NCBI GenBank assembly: GCA_030141605.1
Contig: JAQGDQ010000038.1
Span: 868,001-932,000 of the forward strand
DNA length: 64,000 nucleotides
Direction: 5' to 3'
Source: Tubiluchus corallicola
Lineage: Eukaryota > Animalia > Priapulida
Below, one piece after another: positions 1-15,300 of the stretch (positions within the stretch are counted from its first letter, which is position 1; each line of letters begins with the position of its first letter). Under the pieces are notes generated by a model. It had not been told where the DNA came from. It saw nothing but the letters and a program-made list of their open reading frames with translations, and did no database searches. Position numbers and translations under genes: made by a program.

Positions 1-179
1 TTGATCTTTCCTCACGTGTCAAAGTCTAATACAGGTAACCTAAATATTTGTATTTTTGCTTATAATACATAATAATGTTGATATAAATTCATCAATAGCA
101 TTAAATAGCATATTTTTACCTTCCATTTGATCGAGTTTTTATCTACAAAACTTAATGAATGTATGTCTGAAATATCAAG

Positions 180-830
180 ATTTTGTTAGTAGTGTATTTT
201 CAAATTAATAAAGTCATTTTCAAAATGAGAGCCTCATCACAAGGCCTGCGCTTAAATTATCAAGTCAAAAATCATATTCAATATAAGTTGTATCAGACCT
301 AGTTCGTGTCTATACAACTTATACTCGCCCTGACTTAGAGTATGCTTCTGTTACCTGAACTCGTCTATAAATCAAACTCAAATTGCCAGTAATGAAAAAA
401 TTAAAAAATATATTTTGTCGCATAATTCTTAGATTTTATTCCTTATGACGATGCATAAGATACATACATAAGCTTTACATAAGCTTAACCTGATTACTGT
501 GAAAACCCCGTAGATAAAAATTAAGTTGTAAATTTACTTTACTTTTAATATTATTCAGTACCGTAAACACTTGCTTCTTACTTCACATGTTAGCATAAGC
601 TATCGTACTGCTTGATATTCTAATAAATTAGTCATGCCTAAAACTCGAACAACGTTACAAACGATCAGCATCGTAGCTAGAATCATAAATAGTAATAAGG
701 AACTTTTTCCTATATTATAGTAAAGTATTTTTTTTCACAATTGCTTTTAAACTGTTTCACTGACCTTGTGGTGTCATTTCTCCAAATTTTAAAGCCCATC
801 ATGTATTAATTTTATTTATTTATTTTATCG
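180..830 (+). mobile_element. LINE (CR1/L2-like) 3' fragment
   Basis: Degenerate YTTYTRPDLEYASVT(W) motif at ~310-360. The 3' region at ~690-790 recurs at ~50880-50980. Confidence 0.6.
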
Positions 831-2294
831 CACTCAACATGCAGACGTACATCAACGTGTAACTCTGTTTCCTCCTCTTTTGAAAAAACTATAAAATTCT
901 TATAAGACCCCGTTAAGCGTCAATAGGACATTTTTTCTACGTGGTGATTTGGTAATGAGTAAATGAGCAAAGAGCGGCCGTTTTTAAGAGGTTTTTTGCT
1001 CTCCGTTTCCAGAAGAATACCGTGTAGGAAAACGTCCTAGTGATACCAACGCATCTACGAGGATGATGGGCTACGAGTGAATTTAGAAACACGTTTTTTC
1101 TGGACACCCTGTACATGCCGCGAAGAAGCCACTGCGAGTATTACCGATTAGACACCTACTGTTTAACGATATATTTATTTACAGAACGTGTCTAGAAAAC
1201 TTTTACTTAAACGTGTTTTGCGTTTTTCCTCCACTGGATTTCCTCCCTAAATATGCCTGATTACACAATACGGGCTGCTGCATATTTTCACTCCTCGCAA
1301 TTTGCCTCAGCAAGATGTATAACTTTCACAAAGTAAGCGATTTTATAGACGAAGTGCTCTAGCAGTTTCCCCGCTTTTGTGAAACAGTTTTCAATGATCG
1401 ATGTTGGCAAGAATCAAACTGTCCGTAATGGCCCACGACCTGCGCGAATTTGCGAGATTTGCAAAAAAAATATTCTGCGTGAATTATATAATTGCGCAAA
1501 ACAGCGGAATGAAGGAAGCCATTAGCCTTCGTTCTTGTGCAGGTGTGTGCTCTCGTGCATGACGTGTGTGTTAACCACACTTAGGGCTTCCTACCTTGCT
1601 TGCATCCACACGCAACGACAAGGGTAAAAAATGTGTCTCAGACGATGGAAAACGTTGTAATTAAACAGCGGGTTAGAGCGAAATTAAAACAAGGCAGCAA
1701 CGAAAAAGTGTCATTAGGGAAACACGGTCATTCCGGTGGGTTATCTTACACGTTCAAGAACTCCCTCTCTTAGCAACTCCCTCTGATGGCAAGAAGTTTT
1801 GAAGAGTCGCTTTGAGTTACGTTATCTTTATTGACGTGGTGTAGGGAATATTATACGGGTTATGATCCCATAAGGAGGAGAAGCCTACGCAATGTCTGTC
1901 AACGTGTAGTGTTTCTAAGTCATAGATCAAACGTCATAGAGCACGATACAGAAAATGAGATGAACAGATGTGTGTGTTTCGGTAATGATTTCACATAATA
2001 TTGACTAAAATTCAGTATTCTGTTGTTAGCAGTGGGCACAAAGAGGGTGACTGTCTGAGGGCAGTAGTGCGTTTGTGGCCCCGGTTAATTGTTATCATAT
2101 TCACATTCATATTTATTAGTGCCAAAAATACATACAATACAAGAAACAAGATATACATGCAACTACAATTTTGAAATATAGGGGCACTGCAGACAAACAA
2201 CAGCACTATTTCCCAGGCCGTAAGCGGAAGGATCATAACCGCATTGCTGTCCGAAGAAACTAGCCATTGTTTGCTTTATTAATATACATCTAAA

Positions 2295-2868
<574 letters not shown>

Positions 2869-5800
2869 TTTTATTGACTAACTTTTTACAACATAGTGTA
2901 TATTTAACAATGGTGAGCTAAGATAGAATTAGTCCTTATAGTTTACAAAGTTACAGTACACGACATCCAAACGCAGCTTCACTATTAAACTGTTAATTCA
3001 CTTAATTTAATTTAACGTAAATGTAACAAAATAATTTAACTTAAATGTATACACGCACTATTCAAATAGTTTCAAAAAAAGATAACAAGTTTTAAATGCT
3101 TTTTTGCAAGACAGTATTGAAGTTAATGATTCGAAGACTACATTGGTGAACTGCTTTCTTAAGTGATCAATTTGAGTACAGCTCCTTAATATATGTTCTT
3201 TCCGTTTGTATGGATCCACATGGGCATAATCTTTGTTCTCGCAGTTGGCGGCTCCACCGTCCTGTTCCAGTTTTGGTTATTGTGCTCTGTGTCTGGGTTA
3301 ACAGAGTAAGTGTAACCATTTTCTTCGTCTAGCGACCTACGGTATTTATTAACTGTCCAATGCGACTGTTGAAGATATTGCATAGGCATTGCTAACAACA
3401 TTGTGTACATTTGTGAAATGCCAGGCGTTGAAATAGGGTGAGTCGTGAGGTAATAGGCAACTTTGCTAACGTTATACAAATCATGTCTTGTTTATCTGTA
3501 ACTACTAATGTCACATTCTTCAGATTTTGCTTTCCTAATACGGCCACCACTAATTTGACAACCTTTAACTGTGACCTCACTCGTATACACTACAAAACCA
3601 GGTACGGCAGATATCAAAGCAGTTTTTAATTCATTCAAAAAAATAACGTCAAACTGCAGAACACTTTTGTTGCTGCACTTATTTTACTCTCCATTGATCT
3701 CTCCAACACCCTATCTTCAAATTGTTAGCAGTATTTACAATATTAGTAGTTACCAAACGTTTTAAAAATTTATCTTGTTACAAGAGTAAATTAATAATAA
3801 TATAATAACTCTTTACTTCGTATCAAAGATACAGTACATCATAAAAAGGTTACAATATTATACAATCAAATTACAATACAATCAAATTCACATCTAAAAT
3901 AAATCATAATATACATTATACAAGTATGTTATTTCAAATTACAACACCATCACGAGTAATGCTTTTTTCTTGCCAGTTGTTTTGTACGTTGCGCCCAAAG
4001 TGTTTTTGGTCTACAGTTTTCTTCCCTAAATTGCTGTCTCAAATCAGAGTTCATATTCCGAATCTCAGGCGGCCAATCTCGCTTTATTTAAACTTTTTTG
4101 ATCCAGTCGGCTTCTGAATCCTTTAGCTCAGCACTTTGCTTAAGAATGTGTTTAGCCAGTTGATTACTTTGGCAACTGATAATTATTGGTCGTGGCCGTT
4201 ATGATACTATTGTAGCTGACATGATGATATTGTCGGTCTTATACATTTATACATTTATTATTAATCATCGAAATTCAAAGTAAAAATGATATTATTAACA
4301 GACATTTGTTACACTTTCACTTAAAGATTGCATTTCGCATTCGGCATTCTGTGAATTCTGTAAAAGTGTTATTGAATGATAACGTGACGTTGTTTTGACC
4401 ATCTTTTAGAAACATGTGCATATTGTTGCCCGGTTATTCTATTGCAAAATAGGCGACATTGCACAATAAACAACATACAAGAGCGAATCTATATTTCGCC
4501 ACGTGAGATTGTTTTGATGAATTGCAGAATGTGTGCACTGAAATATTATAAATATCGAAAAAACAACTTTTCATGCAAACCTGAAAGTTACGTTAATTTT
4601 AGTATTCGGGGATTAGTCAACAATCATCTAAATTTGAGACTCAGTCATGATTCAGATGCCTATGTAAAGCGGCGTTTAGCGAGACATCTGGAATGCGTTA
4701 TGCGTTATTGCGTATGCAATGCGCATGTAAAAAAGAAGTAGATACTTCTTTAATATTCTAAAACTGCTTGTGTGTTGTTCAACTATAAAGTAGAAGTGTT
4801 TCCAATATACAGCTAAACTGTCACTACTAAATTTCTCATTTGAACCTGAATTTCTACAATTCTAATTCATAAGTGTTGGTGAATTAGCACGTCAAAATAA
4901 TACCCTAAATTTTATCCATAGGCAATGCTCATAGATCTTTTTTGGTCGTGAATGCAAGCACTACGTACATTGCATTTATCACTCCTAAAACACTTGAGCG
5001 TCATTCCGTGTTTCCTAATTGATTGCATTTTGTTCAAATATGTTTAGAATAAACTTTTCCATTCTACATAAGCCAATAATTTTATTTTCCCTGACCGGTC
5101 GATGAAGTTGTAATATTAACCGGCTTATAATGGTATTCTGTACGAAGTAATGCGCAGCAGTCTGTGTTCTCTTGTGGTTTGAACGTCTCGATGAATTAAA
5201 TCGCTACACTGTCCCTTTTCTAGTGGATGGAAAAGAATTAGTGAATCTTTGTAGCGAAAATGAGCTATAGCTCAGCTAGTAGAGCAGCTGATAGGAAGCT
5301 CAAATTTGGCACAAGGATGCTTTGTCATTATAGTACTTCATATCTCGAAGCCGAGGCAGTACAAATTATTATTATTGTTATTTTATTAATTATATTTCTC
5401 TTTATTTTCCTTTTTCACGCGCATTTCGCTCGTGAGCCACATACAGTTTAACACAGTTATATCACGAATTACTTAATTAAAACCTGGCTTCTTGTAGCAG
5501 CATGAATGTAGCTCTACTCCTTAAAATACTTGTTTTACCAACGGCTTTTGTCGTTTGGTTGCAGCACGAATTAACATAACGTATAATATCTAGTAGTGTT
5601 TCCGTTAGTTCAAGATTGACTTGGAAAACAAAGATTAGAATTGATCTAATTTCAAAAATTTGTTTGTATTCTGTGAAATGTGCAAAATTTGTACTTATTA
5701 TTGTTTGTTAAATGAATAAACACATCTAAATCTAAGTACTCTTGGTGGTGGAAACGTTCTTTTCCTTAAAGGCTATGCTAGAATACGGTCACCTTTTAAT

Positions 5801-7511
5801 GTTTTTTATTAACTTCTCATGAATATAAATTTAAATTAGACAAACCATTACAGCGTGAATGGACCTCCCGTTAACCCTTTCTCAACTTTCTTCATCATAA
5901 AACCACTCGCCCATTTTCTGCAAGAGTTTTAATTTCGTTATACATCCGCACGCATTTTCTTCATATTAATTACCTCTAATTGTTTTTACGATGTCATCCT
6001 TGTCTTTTTACGATATATGATCTCTTTGACTGTCAGCATTTTTAATGAGTCCATAAAACGTCAAACCGCTTTCAAGTAGAAATAAGATTATTTCGAAAAC
6101 AAATTGGTTTTATTTCTCAAGTCTTCTATAACTTCTTTGGATTAGTAAAAGAATTAAACGAAATTTTATAAATCAGATCGTCGTCGTCGATGACGACGAC
6201 AAGAACAGTAACGGCAGCAGCTACAGTTGTATCAGCAACGCCACCACCACCAGTAGCAGCAACAACGACCACAGCTGCACAACAGCCATCATCATTATCG
6301 TCATGATCATGGTCAGTGTCAACAAAAATAACAGCAGCTACACAACAATAGCAGCTCTGGCATCAGAAGTAACAACAGCAACAGAAGTAACACAACTACC
6401 AAACAGCAGTTACTGCTTGTAGACGAACAGTTGCAAGTTGATTTCATCATTTAAGTCATTTTAAATAAACATAGACTTGCAAAATTAAGTATGGTTTTTG
6501 ATCAGGACCATAACTGGGACCTAATAATAAAAGAAAGTTTATCTATGTACCCTAGCAAGCCTTCTCTTGATGTGCAACGTAGTTTAATTCCTTTAACTTT
6601 GTATATAAACCCTTAGCTATACTTTTACTGGATCTCTTTCTTCTATAGGTCTGTTTATTAATTACATTGTGGCTTCCTTGCAAGTACATAATTAGTGAGT
6701 TGTACTGTATAGCTCTGCCTATAAAACTGGTTGTCGAAATGTTTGGAGAAATGGATTTTCTTGTAATGTTTTGTAACTTAAAGTTTTAATAATAGTTGTT
6801 TTTCTTCTTATAATCACTTATGTATTAACGCATTTCCAAATTCACGTAGAAACCTTCTCAGAGTCCTGAATTGATTACATTTTGGTAAGATAATCTCCTC
6901 TTCAAGTTTCTATCCTCCTCTAAGTGCACTACCTCCGCGGCTACAGACATTTAAGCGAAATTCTAATCTGTCTTTTGGTTGCCTCTTCGCATTCCCAACT
7001 CCATCATAAACTTATTAGTTCACGTCTTAATTCATTCTCCACGCAGTTTTATTGATTGCAACAATGGCTAATCCGTACAACAACCGAGTTCCGGGTGGAG
7101 ATCCTCGATGAGACCGGCATAGATTCCAACATGATGGATCCATAATGTGCCTTGACGAGATTTCATCAGTGCACGACAGTCAGAGCTCCCCGGGGGATGA
7201 AAGCCTTCATGAGTCTAAAGAGTTGATTTTGCCACAAGGCTTTTGTTCTTTGTACTGCCGGCGGGTAAATAAGTTAGCGACGGATTTAATTCAGTCGTCT
7301 AAACAACCCGTATCATTCATGAGTATAAACTTACTAAAATGGTGGACCTGAAATTGGTTGTTCTGCGCAGTGTCACTCACTGCGTCGGGAGACTAACATT
7401 CAGTTTTAGAATTTCATTTACAGATAATTATTGCTACCACATATAAGTACAGGTTATGTAACTAGTATTGTTTTTCTTTTACTATCGATCTTGTAAGCAT
7501 ACACCAAACAA

Positions 7512-7929
7512 ACCCTTCTGTTAAGATCCGCCTGTTGTCATACGGTAACTTTCTAGCGTTTCTCTGCATTTTCACTGACTGCTGTGCTTCGGGTTTTGTT
7601 TTCTTACATCATGTGACAAGACAGTAACATCTGATAGAACCGTGATGACTTGGTTTAACAATCCGTTTAACTACTATCTTAGACGATAATTTTATTTCTC
7701 GAAACCATTTTCTCTCGTGAACTTTCCCTAAAGCTCATTTCGCCGTACTACTCTTCCTTTTTTGTATAACGATGTCTCGGCATACATAATCATCGAATCA
7801 ATTAAATTTTCATTTTTTTATTTTTTGCATTTTCAACTCGAGTTGTTGTTAACAGAATATCATTGCGAGACTTTTCTTATAATGACGTTATTACGTTATT
7901 CTGACATTAGGCGGATCATTTGAAGGATT
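7512..7929. mobile_element. Degenerate MITE (possibly piggyBac-like)
   Basis: Imperfect inverted ends: acccttc...gatccgcctgttgtca and tgacattaggcggatc...gaaggat. No clean TSD. Confidence 0.4.
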
Positions 7930-9329
7930 TAGCTAGAATTTCATTAACTAATTATTTAATTAATAACTAATTGCTTTGTCACTGACTAATTGTATAAATG
8001 CGGTGATCAATTAATGCAGCGCACAACTATTGCGCATATTTGACATTGTTCGGAACATTAATTTGGCTAGCATGTCATTTCCAGTTGAAGTTGACATTTC
8101 TATAACTTGTTCACAAAAATTCCCGCTCCTTCAGTGACCTTATTATCTGTAATGTAAACTATAATTATATGTTTTGTGAACGTAATTATTTTTCAGCTGC
8201 TCTGTACGTATTTTCTGATTCGCAATTGCTTAGTTTATTCGAGTTATTTGGCAATATATTTGTATCTGAAATCATTTCAATAAATTTTCTGCTACAACTG
8301 TGTGGTTATTACACCGTGTGAGGTTTTGGTGTAATACTTCTGCTGTAAAAATAAGTTCTATTATCCTAACCTCAACTACTAAAAGACGGTATTCGAAATG
8401 CAAAAGGGCGTATAATTTAACTTCTGCTCAGCTTACGTTCTAGATTCGCCACTACGTGATTTCTTATCAATTGAAACCAAAGAAGCCATTTTCAACTGTT
8501 TCGCTTTTTCTCAGCTTCTCCTCATCACCCTGGAGGCAGCAAGCGGCTAAGCTACCAATAAAGGCGTTCACAATTTATGATGTTTTCCCTGACATTTATT
8601 ACATCGGCTCAACCGTCAGGGTTTAATTTACTCGGCAAATGTTTGAATTAATTTTTCATACCGGCCCAACGCGGAGTTTAATTGCTGTTCCAACAAACCA
8701 ACATCGATCACTATTGAATTCTCACCTTTCTAAGTGTGACACCTTTGCTGAAAATTAATGACACGAAATAATTGGTGAAACTTATGCAAACACGTCGCTT
8801 AAGAAGTACCCCTATTCAGAGCCCGCTAATTACTTTGCGTTGCCCTTCAACGCCACCGTGACTTGTAGCTTTTATATCAGAGCTACATTAAACTTGCCAA
8901 ATTAATGATATATCTTAGCCATTATAGATGTTACAGGGTCACATGATGTCATTAACGTCATGCATAGCAATTGACAAGTCTGTTTCAGTTGGCAGCTAGG
9001 GCTTTCACTAGAGTGTTCAGCAAAACATGGCAATACTTTTAAACGTGTCCTTAAAAGCAGCGGTAAAAACTTGCACAACCAATATAACATTGTTCTAATA
9101 TTGTTTGAATTGTCTTAATTATTTATTAACAGAATCATCTATCAAGCAGCTAGCCTGCTTAACCAAAGATTTTTCTAAATTATTACAAAAGCATACTAGT
9201 TGTGTGCCCAGCTATCTATTAAGAATCTACGTAAACAATCGGTGGACATTTTAAATATGATACTGTCATTGTTTCGACTAGTTAAGACAGTGGCTATTGC
9301 AATGACAAGCAAGAGAGAATATGGATGTT

Positions 9330-9960
9330 TATATTTACAGTGATATGATGACAATAGAAACTAAATCCTAAATTTAATCAACTACATTTGCCTTTTAGTT
9401 CTTAATAATGTACATTTGTCTTTCGTAAAGCAATGTTTGATTAGTTGAATTTGGAAACAGATTGGATCCAGCAACTAAGAGTTTAGCTTTATTGGCCAAC
9501 AGAAAGTCATTAAATTTAACATACGGAGCTATTAAATCAGTTACTTTACTCAAGTAAGGTAATCTTATAGCTTTGTAAAATGGACATATTAGAAAATAAT
9601 GTAACACATCTTCAGTTTGTAAATTACATTTGTTACAAATAGATGAATGTGATATGCCGCGCTCTTGCAAAGACTAGTTTAAAGCATTTGTACCCAATCT
9701 TAATCTAGTAATCTTGATCTTGAACCAGTAGAATAATAAGATTTAAAGGGAGGACGGTAAGTTTTAATTAGAGTTTCTTAAAACTACTGATTGGGGGTTT
9801 ATTTTTAATATTCAATAGAAAGCTGGTTCCAATCTTTTATACAAGAAGAGAAAAAACTTGATTAAAAGTAGTTAGAATTACAAAACATTAAGTAACCTGA
9901 TAATATCTGCGTGAAAAGAATTTATCTATTAAGCCTTAAACGCCCACGTACTTAGTTTTT
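9330..9960 (-). mobile_element. CR1-like LINE C-terminal fragment
   Basis: ORF 9395-9670 reads CNKCNLQTEDVLHYFLICPFYKAIR...LLVAGS (C-terminal CCHC-like motif of CR1-type ORF2). Upstream FFSSCIKDWNQL. Confidence 0.7.
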
Positions 9961-11088
9961 AACAAATAATTAAAAGTCATTTGGCGCGCAAATTTCTCGT
10001 ACACATTTGAACGCTAAATTCTTCAAGCAGATTTTTCACGTTCATCGTGATAAATTAATCTACTTTATAGGCCCGTATATAACAACTTTCTCTAAAAAGT
10101 CTGCTAACATATTACATCTAACCGCCTCATGCATATTGCATAAATTCAAGAATATGTAAGATCTCTCAAGTCTGTTTAAAAGATGCCGCTTATTGTTAAT
10201 CCCGGAGTGAAGAAGTTCCTCTCAATGGCGCATCGAATCACGTGACATTTCTTTGTCTTCTGTTGCAGCCGTTCGCTCATAAATAAGCGAGTTCATTTTT
10301 TATCGTCCAAAATGAAAAGCAGGCTGCTCTAAACCGATTAGAAGCAATGCTCAACATAACGAGATTTAAGTTACGATAGAATATTATCTTTCACTAATAT
10401 TTATGTATAGGCGCATTGTGTGCTGTTAAATGAAAACAAGGTTTTTTCATATTATTAACATCATTTATTTTTCGAGCTCACAAGTACAGATACATAAGTG
10501 GCTCAATTAAAATAAGATAGGTAGATTAGCAACAAAGATAAATTAAACGTTAAACACTGATAAGAAAAAACAAGCGCAAATATACGAGAGGGCAAGGCAA
10601 TTACTTTAAAAAGATACCCAAACGCTAACATTTGATTCAGTTGATTCTTTGATAAAAAATTAAAATTCCTTTTAATTAAAAGTCATGTAATTTACCTGAT
10701 TGCTATGTATGCCAACTACATTAATGTAACTGACCGAACGTTTTAATATCTGTCATCTTTAAAACCCCTAAAGGACAAGAAAAGGGGTACCTGAAGTGGT
10801 TTCAGAAAAACGGCCTTAAAAAGTTATATTGCTTTATAGCAATTTCATGCGTATATTGCACTCGCATTGAAAGGAATTTTCGTCTATCTTCATTTTAAAT
10901 TTAGTGGCGTGTGCGCTACGAATGCTCTGATTATTTTTTCAAAGTTTGCACAATGTTATCTAAACTTGTTTCAAATGACCTGTCGTCAAAATGGCTTCGT
11001 CTAACGGTTATTGGAAGTTTAAATTTACAAGTTTTATACAGTGTTACTGCCGATTGAAGTCCTGTGTGTAAAAAGGCAGTATGTAAGT

Positions 11089-11461
11089 CAGTGGTTCCCA
11101 AAGTAGGGGTAAATTACCCCCCGGGGGTAATATGGTTTTTTTTTGGGGGGGGGGGTAACGGGCACCCCTCTGAAAATTTTTAAAATTTCGCTCGAAATGC
11201 ATTTTACGTAGTTTTCTTCTTGAAGAGACTGCCTCCGGCAGGCAACACTGTGTCATAATTGTAATTCTTGTTTTGGCAACAATACAACAACAACACCTGG
11301 AAATTTATTTATGTCACGAGCAAACATAAATAATTTTGCTTGCTTGTGGCATATACGTGTGTTTACTTTTTGAGTTGGAGAAGTAGTACTAGGTGGGGGG
11401 TAATGTACACGATCGGGTTTCCCGATTTGGGTAACGGTCCGAGAAAGTTTGGGAACCACTG
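11089..11461. mobile_element. hAT (Charlie-like) MITE, 373 bp
   Basis: 14-bp TIR CAGTGGTTCCCAAA. Perfect 8-bp TSD ATGTAAGT at 11081-11088 and 11462-11469. Confidence 0.92.
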
Positions 11462-12470
11462 ATGTAAGTGGTATAAAATTTCAAGACGAATTTTTTAAGC
11501 TTTATGTTTATAGAGGATTTTCTTGTGCTTTAAATCACATGTAATTACGTGACCTAAATGAGCAACTTTATCTCTCCAGGTTAAAGGTGTGTTGTCCAGC
11601 AATACAGTTGCATAAGGTTTTTGAAATCCCCTGGTTTTGAGAATCTAATGCATTTGCTTTTGATTTCGGCACCGCTTCACATATTAGAAGAATTACCCAC
11701 TCGAACTCGAAATTGCGTTTATGTGGTAACAATTACGTCACGTAAGTCAACCTTGAAAAAAATGTTCCCTTTCAATATTTTATGGGGTAAGTTCTTTTGA
11801 CCTTTAACTTAAGATAGGATTCCGTTTTTCCCGGATCCAATATCAACCGGATTTGTAAACTCTAACCTGAATCTACAAATGATTCGTTGAAGACTTTGAG
11901 GTACAACATTCGCAATTTAATACACGATAATGAATTTATCATCAGGAAAGAAAACTCCAATATAAAACTCATATATAAAAAATTTACAATAAATACACTG
12001 TTTCAGTAGAACGCTACATTATATATATTACTATCATGTGAAAGGAATTTACTTATTCTGTTGTTGCTTGGTTCTTGAATACAATTTTAATTTTTTTCTA
12101 ATTTAATCTTAGTTCTGCGTGTATGTAAAGTTCTCACCTGATTTAACTTAGGTACTTTTTCTTGTTCTATTGATATGGCAGGCTTTCACAGGCGAAAATA
12201 TATTCATAGGGGGAAACCCAAAACGCACCGATGGCTACAAATAGCTAATTCATTTCCACTTTCGAAACTTGAACTTCACTTTCAGTAAGGGATGCTAATA
12301 CGTAAATAGGTTACCATAAAATCGCATAAGTTCCACGAGAAAAAACTGACCATTTGCATGACTCGATAATTGCGATATGTTCATTTTTTTCAAAATTCAT
12401 CGAATTTCTAACAGCACGTGTTTTTGCACCACCCTGTCGCAGAATTTCTTGTTTTGACATTAAATATGGT

Positions 12471-12562
12471 TAAAGTGCCGATTACCTGTCATCAGGAATG
12501 CGTATGCGTTATGTAAGTCGGTTTACATGGTTTTCAACGGATGCCAGGTAAATGCCAGTTAA
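12471..12562. mobile_element. Internally deleted copy of the same MITE family
   Basis: taa-agtgccgattacctgtcatcaggaatgcgtatgcgttatg ... cggatgccaggtaaatgccagt-taa; possible TAA TSD. Confidence 0.55.
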
Positions 12563-13532
12563 ATCTTGTTTCTTGAACGAGTAGAAACAACTTCTTGTCG
12601 CGTGAACTTCTTATTAAAATTTTGTTTACTTTTGCGTCACTTGTAAATTTGGCACATTTTAGTGATATCGTCTGAACTTGAGTTTTGATAAGATTGACTC
12701 AGAGTAAAAAAGAAAGTACGGTCCAAAAATCAAATGAACAATCCACTAGTGATCGTTTATAGAAGAAAGTTGTGAAAAACTGCTTCTTGGCTAGGCTATG
12801 TTCTTTGAAATACATTGACGCTCCCACCAATCATCCAATTGCCCTAATTACGCTGCTTCTCCTTAATCCAGTCCATTATTTAATTGTTAAGTACGCAACA
12901 ACTTTATTTAAATTGATAATTAATAGACAAAGAAAACTGGGATCTCCATGTTATTATGAGAATATGTGTTAATACTATAACTTTGAATCGTCATTATTAT
13001 TCTTATTAGCAGTTCATTGACCAACAGAATTATCATCATTTTTATTTAATTAGCATTTTTATTTACCTTCAAAATTATCAGCAGGCTCATCGTAATTATT
13101 ATCATGATCGTCTTCTTTATCATCACCGTCATCATCATCATCATCATCGTCATTACCAAAACATCATATCATCAGCATAATCTTCATCGTCACCATTAAC
13201 TTGATTACTAATAAAATTATTACTGTTTTTTATTATAGTTATTTTTTTCACATCGCCAAGATATGAATTTTAATTTTAATTTCAAATTAATATTCTTGGT
13301 GGAATTCACAGTTTAATTCACTCACAGATTCGTAAACTTGTAAACTATTGTAGTTTTATAGGAACTACAAGTTTCAGGCTTGCATCGTTTGTATTTACTC
13401 TGGCTTTCATGGAGTTAAAGTGAGTCATTCAGACTATGAACAATTAAAAAACTGCAAATAGGTTTTACAACTGAAAAGTAAAAATAATTTAGGTAACCAA
13501 ATTTTGAATTCTCAGAGAACCCGATATAAAAG

Positions 13533-13794
13533 AGATTTGGGTGTTACTCCATGACCTTAAGAAGTGGTTTAAAATCAAACTTAACTATAACAAAAGTTTA
13601 TAAGAAATTGTAAGACAAACCCAGTCCGTGCCCTTTGACCTGGCATACTTGGATCACATGCAAAGATTTGGGTGTTACTCCATGACCTTAAGAAGTGGTT
13701 TAAAATCAAACTTAACTATAACAAAAGTTTATAAGAAATTGTAAGACAAACCCAGTCCGTGCCCTTTGACCTGGCATACTTGGATCACATGCAA
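13533..13794. repeat. Perfect 131-bp tandem duplication
   Basis: The unit agatttgggtgttactcc...ggatcacatgcaa starts at 13533 and again at 13664. Confidence 0.95.
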
Positions 13795-15019
13795 ACATTA
13801 TTTCCTTTGCCTCTGTGAGTTTCGTGAACCTAGCTTGCAAGCCTAACGAGTTATTAGGTAATGAGTTTGCGGAGTATAAAAAATAAATAAATAAATAACT
13901 GTACGAAATCTTATTGCAAAATCTTAATTACAATAAATGTTTGTAAAGAGTTATAATCGTCCAAATTCTGTTACGAACTTAAAACGTGTTGCGAAATTAA
14001 AACTCTCATAGTTCTAATAATTATTGTTTTCATTTGTCATTGTCTCTGTGGATTACAGCCTTTGGCTTCGTTTGCTGCTTGCACACGAAGCCAGTTCCCT
14101 TCAGGCTCAGCTACGTCACAACCGGAAATTCATTGGTCGTGAAACCCCCTAGATACGTAACGTACATTCGGGTACATAGGGCAAACTTGTACCGTGATTT
14201 ATATCACTGCATTTAGTGGAAACACTTCGACATTTTAACAACTGGCAACGTTTTGCTTTGTGATTTATTCATGCCGTGTATCTCAATGGATGTCTTTCCA
14301 TTGCTGGATGTCTTTCACGTTCCAGCCAATAAATATAGGAAAATATGACACAAATGATTCCTGTAGATGCAGATTTGCTGGCATTACATCTTATTCACGT
14401 AGAATTGGTAGAATGTCGATAGTTTTATGCTTGCCAACATTTCCAGGTTTATTTTTGCTGATTATCGATTAACGACTTTGCAAAATTTTTCCAGTATTGT
14501 TTACTCAAATACGATTGCTGTAAATAAAAATAATACAGAAATATAGAAATGTTCGTTATATATATATACATATATACATACATCTATATATATATAGATT
14601 TTCAAGTCAGAAAGGTTTTTTCACGATTTTAATAGTTAAACCCAAAGACAATGACAAGTTGTACTCAAATTTAAACATTGATTTTTAAGAATCTTGGCAT
14701 GAATGCCTGCTCTACGAACTGTTGGCACAGATGGCAGTTTTGTCACACATTTATCAAAGCGCTTGCAACACTTTACAAGTTTATAATTATACCTAACATT
14801 GACTTTCAGGCCATGGAGCCCACCCCACCTTAAGGTCACGGTATGATACGACTGGCTATAATAACCCTACTTTGTTTTTTCTGTTTTTGAACTGCTTGTC
14901 AGACCGTATATTCTATCCTGCTGATAATAAGTCTACAATCATGCTGATATTTGTGTACACGTGCAGTCGCTGTCGGTGTCATTGTCGCTGTGGGTTTATG
15001 TTACTGTCAATGCCACTGG

Positions 15020-15300
15020 TGCTGTCACTGTCACTGTCACTGTCACTGTCACTGTCACTGTCACTGTCACTGTCACTAGCACTGTTACTGCTTCAGTTGG
15101 TGTTACTGCTACTGTCACTGTTATTGTTACTGTTACTATTACTGCTTGTTACCCACTACCGTTGCCATTGATATTACCGTTACTGCTAGTATTACTGATA
15201 CAGATACAGTGTTACTGTTACTGTTACTGTTACTGTTACTGTTACTGTTACTGTTACTGTTACTGTTACTGTTACTGTTACTGTTACTGTTACTGTTACT
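15020..15300. repeat. Hexanucleotide microsatellites (CTGTCA)n and (TGTTAC)n
   Basis: Direct inspection. Confidence 0.95.

Noticed and set aside
1085-1113. Tc1/mariner-like terminus ggacaccctgta (similar ends near 12436 and 29615)
   Set aside because: No matching opposite TIR was found, so no element could be delimited.
5240-5450. Helentron/DINE-like remnants (also ~25790-26060, ~38500-38990, ~39980-40030)
   Set aside because: Only suggestive motifs; boundaries and family could not be supported by eye.
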